A stretch of DNA of 64,000 bases, taken from IMG/VR virus record IMGVR_UViG_3300025012_000029, positions 1 to 64,000 of that record, one strand, 5' to 3'. Shown piece after piece: positions 9,393 through 17,899 of the stretch. A model generated the notes under the pieces. The model was not told the origin of the DNA. It did no database searches and worked only from the letters and a program-made list of their open reading frames with translations. Numbering within the stretch: position 1 is the stretch's first letter; the number at the start of each line of letters is the position of its first letter. The position numbers and the translations under genes are program-made. Source of the stretch: a virus. Its lineage: Duplodnaviria; Caudoviricetes.

Positions 9393-10272
9393 TTTTAATT
9401 TCTTCCATTAATTTCGTTAAGTCTAGTCCAGTGGAATCTATTTTATTTTTCGTCACTTGATAATGATGAATAATTCCTTGATACGATCCATCAACAACTT
9501 CCGCAACAACTGTTGTACTTTCAGGGGATTGAAGTTTGACACCTAATCCTCGATTTAAAGCTTTACATAATGCTTTGAGTGCTTGTATTTGGATGTCATA
9601 AAATCCCAAATGTGGATCTAATTTTTGTCCGTGAACGATAGAGTCAGATATGACTGGGCGGGGAATCAGTCCCATTTTTTCATACGAATTCTGAAATTTG
9701 GTATAAAATGCGTTGCTTATTTCAACTCCGACCGAGTTTGTGTTAACTCCAGCAGCATGCCAGGCAATATGTTGAGTGTCAAGTGTCTGATATATTGAAC
9801 CGTCATTATCGATTAAGAATGGGACAGATATTTTTCTTTGCTTAAGGACATCGAAACAGCTTTTTGAGCTTAAACAGACATCAAAATGTACCACTAACAT
9901 ATTAATATTCGTTCTGTTTGCTTTCTTATACGTCCCTTCGGGAGCAACAAAACCATTTTTATCTCTAAATGTTATTACTTTGTTCCATTCAATCGGCACT
10001 TCTTTTCCAGAACATATAATGTATTTTTGTGACGCAATTGTTTTTGCTTCTTTTTCTGTCATCAAGCGTCTATATGTGGCAGGACCAACAATACCGTCAG
10101 GTTCTAACCCATATTGTTGTTGGAATTGTTTAATTTTTGTTATTAACTCGTTATTGAAGTCTGAAGCACCAAAATCAATTGAATTCCAGCCTTCTGTTTT
10201 AGCAAACTTTCTATTCAAAGTAATTTTTTTATCTTCAAACATTGGCATACAAAAATCCTCAAATAATCTCAT
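9385..10272 (-). CDS. N-acetylmuramoyl-L-alanine amidase (Amidase_2) with an N-terminal peptidoglycan-binding domain; endolysin candidate
   Basis: FQQQYGLEPDGIVGPAT (PG_binding_1) and Zn ligands VVHFD, AWHAAG, HYQVTKNKID. Confidence 0.88.
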   Translation of the reverse strand: MRLFEDFCMPMFEDKKITLNRKFAKTEGWNSIDFGASDFNNELITKIKQFQQQYGLEPDGIVGPATYRRLMTEKEAKTIASQKYIICSGKEVPIEWNKVITFRDKNGFVAPEGTYKKANRTNINMLVVHFDVCLSSKSCFDVLKQRKISVPFLIDNDGSIYQTLDTQHIAWHAAGVNTNSVGVEISNAFYTKFQNSYEKMGLIPRPVISDSIVHGQKLDPHLGFYDIQIQALKALCKALNRGLGVKLQSPESTTVVAEVVDGSYQGIIHHYQVTKNKIDSTGLDLTKLMEEIKNG

Positions 10273-10290
10273 TCAATAATTATCCAACAA

Positions 10291-10953
10291 CTACACAATC
10301 TCATCCACTATACCGAACTTTACAGCCTCTACCGCACTGAAATAGTAGTCAATTTTCTTTTTGAAAATCGATTCTATCTTTCTTTTTGTTAGTTTTGTTA
10401 GTCCACACAGTTCCTCTATGTAGCGTTCTTGAATCCATCGCGTTTCTGATAAACTATTTTCCTGATCCTCGACATGTCCATAATTTCCACTTGTTATCTG
10501 ATGCATCATTAAACGGCAGTTTTTTCCAATTCTTCTTTTTCCTTTTGTTCCAGCGGCTAAAAGTAAAACCCCAGCACTCATAACCTTCCCCAATCCAAAT
10601 GTATGAACCTCACAGTCCTTTTGGACATCTCGCATGGCATCATACACAGCAAACATATCCATCACCAATCCACCCTCTGTAGAAATAAGGAATTTAATTG
10701 GTTCATATGAAGTTACCGACTCTTCATCTTCTTCTGTGGGTTCTTGAGTTTTTCCCAATTCCTTTAGATAATATAAGCCACTTACAACATCTTTACATTT
10801 CTCTTCATCAATGACACCATATATTCCTATGATGCGTGTATCGACACTCTCATTACCGTTCGGAGGAGGCAACATGATAATGCTGTGCGATTGTTCTTCG
10901 TTGTCGCTCTCGTCTACTGGAGTATCATCTTCGTTTATATTTTTTTTATTCAT
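10291..10953 (-). CDS. clpP: ClpP-like serine protease subunit
   Basis: STEGG, GKVMSAG (Ser), MMHQ (His), DYYFSAVEAVKFGIVDEI. Confidence 0.9.
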   Translation of the reverse strand: MNKKNINEDDTPVDESDNEEQSHSIIMLPPPNGNESVDTRIIGIYGVIDEEKCKDVVSGLYYLKELGKTQEPTEEDEESVTSYEPIKFLISTEGGLVMDMFAVYDAMRDVQKDCEVHTFGLGKVMSAGVLLLAAGTKGKRRIGKNCRLMMHQITSGNYGHVEDQENSLSETRWIQERYIEELCGLTKLTKRKIESIFKKKIDYYFSAVEAVKFGIVDEIV

Positions 10954-11255
10954 GCCGGTTTCTCTCCTACTAGTTTTTTAGCCTTGACGATACCCTCATG
11001 CCACAATAACTCAATATTACCCTGTTCGAATTCGTATAAGGCTTTGAAATATGCTGTTATATGTTTTTCATTTATTTTGCCTTTTATTTTTTCGTTGTGG
11101 CAGAAACGAAGAACAGAAGCGATTATAAATGCTTTATCACAATAAACAACATTTTCTTCATGTTCTAATAATTTTCTCGACTTGAGAAACTTTATGATGA
11201 ATTTTGCTATTTCGGTACGGTCGACTGGTAATACGGGCTGCATTTTACCGACCAC
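10950..11255 (-). CDS. Hypothetical protein
   Basis: 101-aa ORF overlapping the clpP start. Confidence 0.55.
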   Translation of the reverse strand: MVGKMQPVLPVDRTEIAKFIIKFLKSRKLLEHEENVVYCDKAFIIASVLRFCHNEKIKGKINEKHITAYFKALYEFEQGNIELLWHEGIVKAKKLVGEKPA

Positions 11256-11530
11256 ACTTTGTCATGAGAAGAAAAATACTTAAAGTTGTAAAAACACCGA
11301 TGTAGAAACCAATAGAAAATACCGACAGGTTAAATGTTTTATCTTTAAGATTCTGCCACTTCATCACTATCCTCTTCTTTTGTAAATAGTATTGGCAGTT
11401 CAAGTTGAAGTGGTGGTCGCGGACAATATGTAATTTGTAGTCCAATGTTTTTTGTGTATATCAAACCGCTTGATATCAAACGTCGTACATATTCAATATC
11501 AGAAAGTTCTTCTATTGGAGTTGTCATGAT

Positions 11531-11749
11531 TTATTTTCCAAAATCAAAATCTATTTGTATTGGTTTATTTTCGACCCCTAATGGCTTCCACACTCCCTCA
11601 GTCATTATGTACATACATTCAAATGCCTGGTTATAATATGCGTCATTTTCGTTGGCATTAGAAGGATGCGAACTTTGTGAACGAAGCCAGTTCAGACCAT
11701 TAGCGGCAACACTTTCAACGTACTCTTTTAATAAATAATCACTAGACAT
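11531..11749 (-). CDS. Hypothetical protein
   Basis: 72-aa ORF. Confidence 0.5.
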   Translation of the reverse strand: MSSDYLLKEYVESVAANGLNWLRSQSSHPSNANENDAYYNQAFECMYIMTEGVWKPLGVENKPIQIDFDFGK

Positions 11750-12227
11750 TTTCAGAAACTTCTTTCAAAAACCATTCACGAATCCATTTCTTTGGCCAAG
11801 TCCAAAAATATTCTGAACCACCAAGAGAATCAATAATTCTTTCTAATCTTTCATCAAATGAACTAGAAGGCAAATAATACAATTCGATTAATTCTGGAAG
11901 GTATGCTTTACGTTCCCAATACCAACGTCCATAAGCAAGAATAGCAGGTGGAAAGATATAACTCAAGGTAAAAATAATTCCCCATTTCTTTTGATCTTGG
12001 ATGTGAATAGATTCGTGATTGAGAATAGTACGAAGACGAGGATAATAAGATTCATCATCAATATGTTCATCAAGATACAGTGGAGCATAAACAACACCCA
12101 TGAATGTCGTCCAATAATTTGTCATGAATCTCTTATTGAATGGTTTGATGAAAAAGTTTATTATCTTCATCAAAGAAGATTCACTTTTTAGTCTTACTGG
12201 AACATTAAAGATAATGCGAGTTTTCAC
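11742..12227 (-). CDS. HExxH zincin-like protein
   Basis: NHESIHIQD and a downstream ERKA. Confidence 0.55.
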   Translation of the reverse strand: MKTRIIFNVPVRLKSESSLMKIINFFIKPFNKRFMTNYWTTFMGVVYAPLYLDEHIDDESYYPRLRTILNHESIHIQDQKKWGIIFTLSYIFPPAILAYGRWYWERKAYLPELIELYYLPSSSFDERLERIIDSLGGSEYFWTWPKKWIREWFLKEVSENV

Positions 12228-12265
12228 CCTACTAATAATTAGGATGAAAAAATGAATGAGATGTG

Positions 12266-12775
12266 TTAAATCTCTTCTTGATATTGATTGAGAAGTTCCC
12301 GGCCGACTGCCATCATTGTAGATCCAACCGTTCCTCTGGGCAAGTTAACTGGACCAAATTCTTTATTATATTTCTTTAGTCCATCTTGTGCTGCGTAGGC
12401 AAATGCTTTAACCGCTAGCTCAGGATCAAAAGCGCCCCTTGCTTTTTTGTGTTTCATGTTTTTGATTATTGGTTGGATGCGTTGGCGATAGATATCGCCA
12501 TCATTAACTGTGTAGAGAACCAATTCATCAACAAGATTTTGGTCTAGTTGAGGAGCTTCTGAAAGTTGGGAACCAGATTGATTATCGCGGACAACTTGTC
12601 CTGTACTGTTATCGATAATTTGAACTATGTAACGAGGAGCTTTATATTTTTGTATAAAGCGATTAAATCTACCCTCGGCATCTTGGTCTCCACGAACACG
12701 CTGAACGACGTTGTTATTATTGATTGTATCAATAACTTCTATGGAAGTAGAAACTTGTTCACTTATTTTTTTTTT
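12266..12775 (-). CDS. Start-less open frame, probably the C-terminal extension of the upstream acidic protein via a -1 shift
   Basis: The frame of the annotated 12266-12523 ORF stays open upstream to 12781, with no ATG, GTG or TTG before 12523. It overlaps the upstream gene at an A10 run. Confidence 0.6.
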   Translation of the reverse strand, partial: KKKISEQVSTSIEVIDTINNNNVVQRVRGDQDAEGRFNRFIQKYKAPRYIVQIIDNSTGQVVRDNQSGSQLSEAPQLDQNLVDELVLYTVNDGDIYRQRIQPIIKNMKHKKARGAFDPELAVKAFAYAAQDGLKKYNKEFGPVNLPRGTVGSTMMAVGRELLNQYQEEI

Positions 12776-13686
12776 ACTGTTTTATTCTCAGCAACTGGCA
12801 TGGTTGTTGGCTTAGCTACTACTGGTCTTGGAGCAACTCTCGTAGTAATTGCTGGTTTCACAACTCTCCGAGCAGGAACATTTGCTGGCGATGCAGCAGG
12901 AACAATTGCTTCTTTCTTCAGTTTTGCCGCTTTTACTTCTTGAAACAAACGAGCAACAAATTTCTTGTATAGTTGCTCTTCTAAGGGCTTATATTTATGA
13001 TCTGGATGTGCGCCTTCAACTTGTTTAGGTTTTTCGGCACCCTTGACGCGAACTTCGCCCTTCATTGGATCTTTGACCTTCCCTATGTCGCCTTGTGATG
13101 TCTTTTTCGGAGAAGGAGGATTATTCATGCTCGAAGAAGTTGTCTTAGCTCCAACAGGAGAAGCTTCTTCATTGAGTTGTTCATCTTTATCATTGACTTC
13201 TTCGAGATCTTCATCGGCAACTTCCATCATTTCTTCTTCACCACCCGTCTCAGGCTCTTCAGGAGCCATTTCATCGCTGCCCATATCCATCTCTTCTCCA
13301 CCTTCATCGCCCTCAGCCCCTTCAACTTCAACAGCAACACCAGTAACGTCAGTCATTGTGCTAGCAAGTGCAGCAATTAAATCTTTAACAGTAGCTTCAG
13401 TCGCAGGTTCATCACCACTTGGCGCCATTTCTGGCTCTCCCGCAGGATCCATTTCGCTACCACCCATATCATCCCCTGCCATTTCAGCATCCATTGGATT
13501 CTCATCCAAACGGTCTGGCGCTCCACCAGAACGAGATTGTTCTTTTGTTTTGACTTCATCAACTTCTTCATCGGCGTGAAATGTTTCTTTGACAAAATTC
13601 TCCGCCAAAGGACTAATACCTGCTAGTTTTCCCCATCTAAGAACTCTGGATTCCTCAAGAAGTTTCTTGTTCTGCATTTTGGTCAT
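12763..13686 (-). CDS. Acidic, low-complexity putative head scaffold or internal protein
   Basis: Probable ATG at 13686 with a GGAG SD at 13697-13700. E/D/M/G-rich, with an N-terminal RWGKLAGI. Confidence 0.65.
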   Translation of the reverse strand: MTKMQNKKLLEESRVLRWGKLAGISPLAENFVKETFHADEEVDEVKTKEQSRSGGAPDRLDENPMDAEMAGDDMGGSEMDPAGEPEMAPSGDEPATEATVKDLIAALASTMTDVTGVAVEVEGAEGDEGGEEMDMGSDEMAPEEPETGGEEEMMEVADEDLEEVNDKDEQLNEEASPVGAKTTSSSMNNPPSPKKTSQGDIGKVKDPMKGEVRVKGAEKPKQVEGAHPDHKYKPLEEQLYKKFVARLFQEVKAAKLKKEAIVPAASPANVPARRVVKPAITTRVAPRPVVAKPTTMPVAENKTVKKK

Positions 13687-13745
13687 TGTTGATAGTCTCC
13701 TGCTAAAATAAAGTTTGCTAAATGTAAATAGTACATTGTTCGACA

Positions 13746-14006
13746 TTATTCCTTGAATCTAGTAATTGCTTTGTTTTTCGAAATCTTTTTCAAAGTTTCC
13801 TGCTCAATTTGTTTGATGCGTGCTGCTGATAAATATAATCTATTGCCAATTTCTTGTAGTTTTAAGGCTCCGTGTTTTCTTATACATATGTGTGTACAGT
13901 TCAAATCTTCTTTGAAATTTATCCAATGCCTACATTCACTTTCTCCGCATGGCAAATTATTATCTAAAACTTTTAATATACATTTAAAATCAGATTTCAA
14001 ATTCAT
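13746..14006 (-). CDS. Sigma-70 region 4-like HTH protein with a Cys-rich N-terminus
   Basis: LKLQEIGNRLYLSAARIKQIEQETLKKI matches the region 4.2 pattern TL.EIG....LSRERVRQIE..AL.KL. Confidence 0.75.
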   Translation of the reverse strand: MNLKSDFKCILKVLDNNLPCGESECRHWINFKEDLNCTHICIRKHGALKLQEIGNRLYLSAARIKQIEQETLKKISKNKAITRFKE

Positions 14007-14319
14007 CTAAATCCTCTTCTGTTTTCTCTCCCAATGGCAGCAATTCATAAGAGCAAATCTTAATGTCTTTGATGAAAAGATATTCTTTTCTAGGATGTAT
14101 CGATTTTTTGTCGGCGAGATGATATGAAAAAAATTCATCCCATCTTCTTTTTGCTCGCATTGATTCTGTGTTTTTACGTTCATGGACTGCCTTAAAGCTC
14201 TTATACATTTTAGCAGATCTGAGTTTAGAAGTCCAGTAATATCCTTGCCAGTACATGATAGTGCCAAGATGTCCGGTACCGGCAAGCACAAATACAATCT
14301 CATTTATTGAAGATGTCAT
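13990..14319 (-). CDS. Hypothetical protein
   Basis: 109-aa ORF coupled to its neighbours. Confidence 0.55.
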   Translation of the reverse strand: MTSSINEIVFVLAGTGHLGTIMYWQGYYWTSKLRSAKMYKSFKAVHERKNTESMRAKRRWDEFFSYHLADKKSIHPRKEYLFIKDIKICSYELLPLGEKTEEDLDEFEI

Positions 14320-14669
14320 ATATCGGGATGCTCTTCCTCAATTAAATCAAAGATATTTTCTACTTCATTTTCATCCAGAGCAAAAGCAACTTCAACAGCT
14401 TTTTCTTCTTTTCTCTCTTGACGAACGGTATTGATATCCCTTTTACTAATTGGAGGTTTAGTAATACCTTTCATTTTATCTATTAACACCATCATGTCAG
14501 GATCTTTACTCAAAAAAAGAGATACACATTCGCGAAGGAACTTTGACATTTTAAGTCCCTCGTACTGAAGTTGGATTTTTAACTCAGCGTGACGTTTAGG
14601 AGTTTCTCTGAATATGATTTCTTTTTTCTCTAGTCCATACTCTTCATTGTTGCGTGTTTCTTCTGTCAT
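14316..14669 (-). CDS. Hypothetical protein
   Basis: 117-aa ORF with 4-nt overlaps at both ends. Confidence 0.6.
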   Translation of the reverse strand: MTEETRNNEEYGLEKKEIIFRETPKRHAELKIQLQYEGLKMSKFLRECVSLFLSKDPDMMVLIDKMKGITKPPISKRDINTVRQERKEEKAVEVAFALDENEVENIFDLIEEEHPDI

Positions 14670-15733
14670 TTTATTCTCCCACCAGCATGGACGATATGTG
14701 TTGAACTCTCTATTTGTCCGGCATGAGTTTGTTTAACAAACATTGCTTTCCTTTGGAATTCGGCAATTGTTCTCGCCCCAGAGTAGGACAAAGCTGATGC
14801 TAAATTTGTTTTAATATTATCTAAAACATCAACAACTGAACCCTTATGTGGAATCATGGCAGAAACTCCTTCTCTTGATGACACACGTCCACGCCAAGCT
14901 ATTTGGGATTCCTCTGAAGCCATACCTCTATATGTTTTATATATTTTATTATCCACTTCAATATCCTCACCAGGGGATTGTGATGTTCCTGCCAACATGC
15001 TCCCGAGCATAACAAAATCAGCACCAATAGCAATACTTTTAGCGATATCCCCAGATGTTCTAAATCCTCCATCTGCTACCAATATTATATTTTCAAATTC
15101 ATTTTTTATATCTACACAATCCATTATGGATTGGAATGTAGCTATGCCGTGTCCTGTTTGAATTTTCGTTGAGCAAATTGATCCTCCTCCAATTCCTATT
15201 CTGATAGAATCAGCGCCCCAGCGTGCTAATGCCAACGCTCCTTCATAAGTCGCAACGTTACCTACCATTATATGAACTCGCTTGTCAAATTCTAATTTGA
15301 GTTTATCAATTGCTTTTTCAACAAGTTTATGATGTCCGTGAGCAACGTCAACACATAGTAATTGGCACTCGAAACCATAAACAAGCTCTTTCGCTCTCTC
15401 AAAGAAATCCCCAGTTGTTCCAATGGCTGCGCTCTTCCTCATAAGGTGAGCGTTACCTTGAGCATTCAGTCGGCCAAAAAGATGTCGAAGTTGATTACAC
15501 TGTTCTTCAATAGAATTATATCTATGTATTATCCCGATTCCGCCATTCTCGCACATAGCTGCAGCCATTTGCCATTCAGTAACTGTATCCATTGGAGAAG
15601 AAATAATAGGAAGAGTTAAATGTAATTCATCGCTTAGGCGAGATGACAAGTTTACTTCTTTTCGAGTTTCAATATCTGAATATTGTGGAACTAACAAAAC
15701 GTCATCAAAACTTAAACATTCACGTATTTTCAT
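14666..15733 (-). CDS. IMP dehydrogenase / GMP reductase family protein without CBS domains
   Basis: SFDDVLLVP, SSPMDTVT, VDVAHGH, GNVAT, GIGGGSICST (catalytic Cys), ADGG, YRGMAS. GuaB and GuaC cannot be told apart by eye. Confidence 0.93.
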   Translation of the reverse strand: MKIRECLSFDDVLLVPQYSDIETRKEVNLSSRLSDELHLTLPIISSPMDTVTEWQMAAAMCENGGIGIIHRYNSIEEQCNQLRHLFGRLNAQGNAHLMRKSAAIGTTGDFFERAKELVYGFECQLLCVDVAHGHHKLVEKAIDKLKLEFDKRVHIMVGNVATYEGALALARWGADSIRIGIGGGSICSTKIQTGHGIATFQSIMDCVDIKNEFENIILVADGGFRTSGDIAKSIAIGADFVMLGSMLAGTSQSPGEDIEVDNKIYKTYRGMASEESQIAWRGRVSSREGVSAMIPHKGSVVDVLDNIKTNLASALSYSGARTIAEFQRKAMFVKQTHAGQIESSTHIVHAGGRIK

Positions 15734-16103
15734 TCATGCCCTCTGCTTCTGAATTTATTATGATAACTTTTTCATTTCCTAAATGTTTTTTGGACAGTTG
15801 AATCATATTCTCTGTTCCACGACCTCCAGGAAAAGCAATCACAAAATCTAATTCATCCTTCTCTTTTGTGATCATTTCATAATTTCTTATTGGTCCAGCA
15901 CCCTTACCAAATTTATCCCATCTGGCTGGATATGCTCTTTGTGCTTTATGATTTTTGTATGCCCAAATACTAGCTAGAGTATCGGTACCTCTAGCAAATC
16001 CATGTATTACTATTTCTGGATTGTAAAAATCTAAAATGCTAAATAATACTTTCTCGTCGTTATAATTTCTGCCACCACATACTAGAATTTTATAAGTTTT
16101 CAT
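15720..16103 (-). CDS. SLOG-superfamily (YspA/DUF2493-like) protein
   Basis: VCGGRNY, IHGFARGTD, AGPIRN, AFPGGRGT. Confidence 0.82.
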   Translation of the reverse strand: MKTYKILVCGGRNYNDEKVLFSILDFYNPEIVIHGFARGTDTLASIWAYKNHKAQRAYPARWDKFGKGAGPIRNYEMITKEKDELDFVIAFPGGRGTENMIQLSKKHLGNEKVIIINSEAEGMNENT

Positions 16104-16633
16104 GGTTTATTGTCCATTGTGCTTATTGGTGAAAAGGGAAGCGCCCAGTCATCCGGATGGAAAACAACGATAATGCTTGGGAAAGGAGGAGAATTTGTGC
16201 CCCTTTTCTTAATTTGAGTTTCACATCCCAAGTCACTTTGTTCCGTTAATTCAAATTTTATTCTACCTTTGATAAAAATTAATCTTTGAGCTTTAAGGCA
16301 ATAATCATGGAAATATTTCGTTTCTACCCGCGCGGGAATCAAAAGAACAATTAAGGTATTTTCTTTTTGTCCTTCTTCAAAACATTTTTTGGCCCATTCT
16401 TTTGCTTGCGAATAAGGAGGATTAACAAAAACATTATGTCCACCCCAATTTTGAACTAGACCATTATCCTGCTCTGTGAAATATTTTTGACATTTGGTAT
16501 TTCCATAGGAGGCACACGGATCTAAATTGAATTCAACCGCTAGTATCTTTTCTAGCTTTTTGACAAACCACTGCGGAGTTGCCCAGTTATCACTTTTATG
16601 AGACATCATTGTTTTTATTGTCTTCTTATCCAT
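16100..16633 (-). CDS. Phage N6-adenine DNA methyltransferase
   Basis: WATPQW, LDPCAS, VFVNPPY, LLIPAR, FIKGRIKF. Confidence 0.9.
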   Translation of the reverse strand: MDKKTIKTMMSHKSDNWATPQWFVKKLEKILAVEFNLDPCASYGNTKCQKYFTEQDNGLVQNWGGHNVFVNPPYSQAKEWAKKCFEEGQKENTLIVLLIPARVETKYFHDYCLKAQRLIFIKGRIKFELTEQSDLGCETQIKKRGTNSPPFPSIIVVFHPDDWALPFSPISTMDNKP

Positions 16634-16638
16634 TTTAT

Positions 16639-17109
16639 CTACTGTCCTGTACTGCCGAAGCCGCCTGTGCCGCGATCAGTTATAGTTAATTTTTTAACCT
16701 CTACGAATATTGCTCTGTTCACGGAGATTTCACCACGTCCTGAGGGATAAGTTCTATATCCCAACGCAACCATCTGAGCGATACGATCTCCAACATTTAT
16801 CTTAAATGTTTCATTCCCATGATTGATCAATATCACTTTAACTTCTCCAGTGAAATCAGAATCTATTGTCGCAGGAGAATTCAAAACAGTTATTCCATGT
16901 TTTGCTGCCAATCCAGAACGTGGACGAATTTGAATATCACAAAATTCTTGCGGCTGTACAGAAATTCCAGTTCCAACTAAGACGTGACATTTAGATGGTA
17001 TTTCAAGATCTTCTGTAGAAAATAAATCAGCTCCAGTTGATTTTGAAGTTGCGTAAAATGGTAATTTAGCATCTTCATTTAGTTTTTTTACATTTACAAT
17101 AAGACTCAT
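16639..17109 (-). CDS. dut: Trimeric dUTPase
   Basis: All five motifs: GADL, RSGLA, TIDSDFTGE, RIAQ, RGTGGFGSTG. Confidence 0.97.
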   Translation of the reverse strand: MSLIVNVKKLNEDAKLPFYATSKSTGADLFSTEDLEIPSKCHVLVGTGISVQPQEFCDIQIRPRSGLAAKHGITVLNSPATIDSDFTGEVKVILINHGNETFKINVGDRIAQMVALGYRTYPSGRGEISVNRAIFVEVKKLTITDRGTGGFGSTGQ

Positions 17110-17735
17110 TTTTCCTCCAATAATTTTATTAATTCAACGTCATTTCGTTGATAAAGTGGATGAACAGGTCGTCCATCTTTTGTTTTACGGAGACAGTATA
17201 GCTTATCTGGGTGCCACATTGTCAAGAACTTTAATACCTTTGTTTCTCTTTCTTTTGACCATTTCATTGCTCCCCATGCACAAATTATTTTGTCCGCTTC
17301 GGATGATAATTTCGTTATCCATAAATCATTTTCCGGAAGTCCAATTATATCAATACCTATTTTCTCAGCATTTAACATATCTTTTGGATTTGTTGCTCTA
17401 TACGCATAAATGTTGGCAACCTTCACGACATTAAATCCCCAACGAACGGCATAACCAAAACATCTTCTCACAGTTGGATCAAAAACGTTTTCGTCAGCGG
17501 TACTAGGATTGAGCATTATGAATAATACAGTCTTCTTTTCCTCATCAGGAAGACTCCAGTCCCTCGATAACACATAACGATATGTTTTATTTGGGCTAAA
17601 TTCAGCAGTTCCCTTCATATGAGGAGGAATAATATTATTTTTTTCGCCAGATAACTGGATATTCAAATTCGAGGTACTGTCTGTTTCCATGAATAAACCA
17701 CCACACTTTCCATTTATTTTTCCTATATCCTTCAA
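17106..17735 (-). CDS. DUF1643-family protein (true start probably near 17690)
   Basis: YRYVLSRDW, FIMLNPSTAD, HPLY. Confidence 0.82.
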   Translation of the reverse strand: MKDIGKINGKCGGLFMETDSTSNLNIQLSGEKNNIIPPHMKGTAEFSPNKTYRYVLSRDWSLPDEEKKTVLFIMLNPSTADENVFDPTVRRCFGYAVRWGFNVVKVANIYAYRATNPKDMLNAEKIGIDIIGLPENDLWITKLSSEADKIICAWGAMKWSKERETKVLKFLTMWHPDKLYCLRKTKDGRPVHPLYQRNDVELIKLLEEK

Positions 17736-17895
17736 TAATGTTTGGCATTTGCTCTATCCATTCTGGGAAAATATCTATTAGTTTTCCATTGGACATTTCT
17801 TTCGAAGACCATTTTAATGGTGTAGAAATAGAATCGTTTATCAACTTATAAATTTCTCCATCATTCATGACATAAGATTTTATATTATTTTCCAT
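17635..17895 (-). CDS. Hypothetical protein
   Basis: 86-aa ORF. Confidence 0.45.
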   Translation of the reverse strand: MENNIKSYVMNDGEIYKLINDSISTPLKWSSKEMSNGKLIDIFPEWIEQMPNIIEGYRKNKWKVWWFIHGNRQYLEFEYPVIWRKK

Positions 17896-17899
17896 ATCT

